This document shows, piece after piece, positions 59,931 through 64,000 of a stretch of 64,000 nucleotides of DNA (positions within the stretch are counted from its first letter, which is position 1; every line of letters starts with the position of its first letter). The notes under the pieces are model-generated. The model was not told where the DNA came from, did not search any database, and saw only the letters and a program-made list of their open reading frames with translations. Source of the DNA: Azolla caroliniana (taxonomy: Eukaryota; Plantae; Polypodiophyta); NCBI GenBank assembly GCA_043228905.1, contig JBHGNT010000002.1, forward strand, positions 27,528,001-27,592,000, written 5' to 3'. A program made the position numbers and the translations under genes.

Positions 59931-62499
59931 ATTGCTAAACATCTTCATGGTTTAGTTAGGTTTGAGGATCACATAAATGCAAGGTTTGAGGATTAATTAA
60001 AAGGTTCAAGTTGAGACAAATTGCTTCAACAATTTCACTATTTGATTCAATTCAAGTTTGTATGTTGAAGTTAATATCATTAGTATTCATTCCCTCTTTG
60101 GCTATAGTTGTCATGTCTTAATTCTCATGATGTTTTTGTTTCACATCTATTACCCCCTTTTGACCTTCAACACGGAATAACTATGTTGCCACTATAAACA
60201 AAGCGATTTCTCAACAAAGTACAATTGATTGTTATTTAGCATATCACTATTGAATCCCATGTTGTTCATTTCTATCAACTCAATTATTCATGTACCACGA
60301 CAATAACTTATTCATGTGAAAAATGAGAACAAAATGGAACTTTTACATTTCAAAAGTGTCCCCTAGTAAAAATTCAAATGATTTGAAAATCCTCATCACA
60401 TTTTAAGAGAGAAGTTACTAAGCATGAGAAGTTTCCTTCGATCTATTGACATCAAAAACATGGTTCCAACATTTGAAACGTGTGCTTAGTACTTTGTTGA
60501 GATTGTCATTGGGAATTCTAAGGACTTACATTATTCTGGAAGGAAATCTAACAGTAAAATGCGTATGTAATGTTGCTAGATAATAAAATATATGTCAATA
60601 TGGAATTTACTAACACTTGAAGTCAATAATTATGGAAGTTCTATCACCACTAAAGGTTAAAATAATTATTTTGATTAGGTAAACGAACCTCACAACAACT
60701 TATGGCTAGAGTGGTTTGTGTTATATTATTTGTGCTAGAGAACTAGAAGTCACCAATCTCATAGACTATTTCAATGTTTAACCTGGAAAGTAAGAAATCG
60801 TCACAAAGGCTTCATCAAATTTATTCACAAACAAATACATAGGTAATTTAATGCATAAAGTATATTTAAACTTCTAGTCTCGTAATACCTTCTTCTGCTA
60901 TAGCAATTTATTTGTATGTTTTAAGGATTTTGTTGAAAAGTTGATATATCTTGTCATACTTGTGATGGGTAGCGCTAATCATAGTTCTAAACATGCTAAA
61001 AGCGATGCATGGTATTTCATATGCGAAAAATCGCAATGAATGCTTCAATGAGATATTCCACCAATCAAATTGAAGCGAAAAAAGTTTATTTGTATAGTGT
61101 CATCATTTTATCGATATAATCAAATCAAATGAAAAAGAGGAAGAACAACTCATCATTCATTTGACTCGAAGGTGTCTCTAACGCATGACCTTATAAAGTA
61201 TTTATTTTGCATTTCATGTCGACTCAAATTTCGAAGGTTAAATTAAGTTAACAACTGTTCAACTGGAAAGGATGCAAGTGAAAACAACTTCTACTTTTCG
61301 ATCTTAATAAATCGAGGATTTCAAAACACATACATTATTTAGCTTAATGGATGATATTTATCGAACAAAGTTGGATTTTGTCTTGCATTAATATGTGTGT
61401 CGAGGCATCTCCCTGACATTAGTGCTTAATCTAATAGAAAATTGAAAGTGGTAGAAGTAGTTTCAATGACCATATTTAGTCAAGCAACTGATCCCATATT
61501 CTATATTTGGAATTGTTGGAACAACAATAATATTTTGTCTTTTGGCTGTTCTGGCCTAAAATACGTGGTTATGATAAATATCTCAAATATATATGTAATT
61601 TGGATTCTCCCTAGAATGTTTTGACATGTGCATTATGATTCTTTGGAACACTTTTTCATTTTACCAATGCCCCAATGTTTTTTTAAAGCCTAAAATATTC
61701 CACATGCACAACATCTATTCAAGATGAGCACCTTACAAAATGTGAGTGAAGTCAAACGCGTCATTAACCCATGATTTTCTTCTAGACATTTGGAGTGCAC
61801 GTTAATATTGCACCTTGTGTATTATTGCTTAGTTCAAATAGGGATTACAATTAATATTCCCAAAAATATAAACTCATAACGCTAACTTTTGCCATAAATT
61901 ATACACAAATGTAAACAATAACATAGAACCCAAGGTTATGTATTTGTGGAAGACAAGTTTCTACCTAACATACAAAGAGCAAGAGAGGTACATGATGGAC
62001 CACCACATGAATGTGGGTTTGTATAGAGAATGAGGCCGAAACCTAATCTATAGAACCGAAAAAAATGTTACAAGATAGTCTGCTTCATTAATGCATAGGG
62101 TGTCATCATATGTGGCTAATATATTTTCTTACATAGAGAGATTTGGTGTACTTGACTCGGAGAGGCTATGTATATATAAAGTTTGTCACATGTGGTAAGT
62201 GCCAAAGGTTATTGCATGAGTATGAAGATACAAGGGTTGACATGTTTTTTTCCCAACAATGGTTTATATTATGTCTAAAGCGATTTAAATTATACATGGA
62301 TACTTCCAAACATTCTTAACAACTTCACCATGGATTTTTTACCTTTTTCACCTGCTCTTAGGTTGCCACAGACATTCATTAATGAGTGTTCAACTTGGAG
62401 AGATTGTGTTAGGTTGTTGCATGTAGTAATTGTTAGTGGGAAGCATTGCCAAATTGTTATGAAGATATATTGATCAAGGTAGGGTATGCATATGTATTT

Positions 62500-62855
62500 T
62501 GATCTAGCTAGTCCTGTCCCACCTCCATTCTTCAAGAACATGATTGTATGTGTAGGCTAAGGTGATTGTTATTAATGTGTTAATGGCATGGGGATGAAAG
62601 ACATGATTGGGTGTGTCCATTTCTTTGTATGTGTTCAAACATGTTGGACTAATGTGAGTGTAAAGAAGTATGGCAACTTAGTATCTATCTAGTCATGAGC
62701 TACCTCTACTATCCAAGAACATGATCGAGAGTGCAAAGGAGGACAATGAACGTAATTGCATGTGGATGAAAAGACATGATTGGTTGTGTCCATTTCTTTG
62801 TATATGTTCCAACATGTTGGGCTAATGTGAATGTAAAGAAGTGTTGCAATTTGGC
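62500..62855. repeat. Two diverged direct copies, ~175-bp period
   Basis: GGATGAAAGACATGATTGG.TGTGTCCATTTCTTTGTAT.TGTTC.AACATGTTGG.CTAATGTGA.TGTAAAGAAGT at ~62590 and ~62763. Confidence 0.8.
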
Positions 62856-62933
62856 ACTTGTATTCTATTTTGCTCGGCTCTAAAGGTCGACGACAAGGCA
62901 TGGTTTGATATGATCATCAAGAGCTAGCTCAAG

Positions 62934-62934
<1 letters not shown>

Positions 62935-63007
<73 letters not shown>
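62935..63007. repeat. Compound (TA)n(GA)n microsatellite
   Basis: Direct reading. Confidence 0.95.
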
Positions 63008-63011
<4 letters not shown>

Positions 63012-64000
63012 ATTATCGTCTTCGGAGGTCAAATATGACCTATGAGACCAAAAATATTACATTTCACGTGATATGTGTGAAAGTGAGTAGTGACTCTCGA
63101 TGTTCAAGAACTTTACCAATGAATGTTGCAATCGAGAGTGCACATTGTGGTTGTGAGAGGAATTCATGCAAAGATTGGGCTCGATCGAAGAGATGTGTAA
63201 AGCATGGTCGAATATGATCAAAGGCAGAGCATTGTATCAAAGTGTGATACTCAAACTCGCGAACTTGTTTAGGGCAAAGTGCACATACCCGACCACTCTC
63301 ATCACTTGTACCCCAACGCCCTGTTTCACATCGCAATGCATGTGAGCTAAGTCGCATGGAAGCAATGGTTCGAATGGAAGATAACGGTATGGGCTCTAAC
63401 ATGTATGGATGTGTACGATTTCCCCGTTCCGCAAAGAATATGGTTTTGTAGTTAGGTGCAACATGTGTAGTATAATGTGTGAAGCGTGAGCCTCCACATT
63501 TGTCCCATGTCATGATACATTGGCATTGCAAAAATGCCTCATTTACAGAGGAATCTAATGATGCATCATGAAGCAAGTGTCTCGCATCCCATCTACCAAA
63601 CCATTTTTCTATATCTTGCATCCAACCGGAACACAAAATTTTGCTTTTATGCGTCTTTTGGATCTTTTTGCTTGCTTCCCACGCAATTCTAGGAAGTCGA
63701 TGTGAGGGACTTTTTTGAACCTTAAGCATGTATTCAACAACCCTTTCCATGGCCATGATCTCAATGGGAAGCGATCCCGTCTCAAGGAGGAGGAGGGTGT
63801 AGGGCGTTTGTTTCTTAACTTGTAGAAACTTGGTAAGAAAATGCTTTTGGACATTTTCAAACTCTTTCCACATAGATTTAGGGATGCTACCGCCCCATAC
63901 TTCCACCCCATAGAGAAGAACCGGTGTCACCAAAGTGTCGAAAAGATATTTCTTGAGGACCCAACACTTAATATCTCCAAGATTGCATGTGTTCTCAAAT
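63008..64000 (-). mobile_element. LINE 3' portion with open reading frame (same broad type as the 15.2-kb element), running off the window end
   Basis: Frame open from the window end to the stop at 63064: LFDTLVTPVLLYGVEVWG..ENVQKHFL..ETG..RLSSHALRCETGRW..RVCALC..EYHTLIQC. Short 3' UTR without poly(A), abutting (TC)n on the element strand. Confidence 0.88.

Overview
Eukaryotic nuclear DNA from a land plant. It is AT-rich, with GT-AG introns, (TATG)n/(CA)n/(GA)n microsatellites and LINE-filled introns; a seed-free plant such as a fern is my inference, not proven. Manual splicing gives three apparently intact genes on +: a 4-exon BOI/SBP-type RING-HC E3 ligase (1350-4372), an 18-exon class III HD-Zip with a splice-assembled miR165/166 site (39184-50803) and a 3-exon actin-depolymerizing factor (52657-54576). 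Also on + is an intronless ~713-aa orphan ORF with a non-canonical Dof-like Cys4 finger (26724-28865). On - lies a decayed lipid phosphate phosphatase (PAP2/LPP) pseudogene (~11390-14637) that appears to be spliced in phase to an unassigned multi-exon N-terminal module reaching 23221. Mobile DNA includes a Mutator-like MITE with a 9-bp TSD, a 5'-truncated L1 with a 13-16-bp TSD, several other L1 3' ends that share a conserved terminal motif, a second LINE family without poly(A), a probable solo LTR and Copia RT remnants. Several exact tandem duplications are present, one with a fold-back hairpin found only at its junctions. All exon coordinates and family calls come from reading the sequence; no database searches were run.
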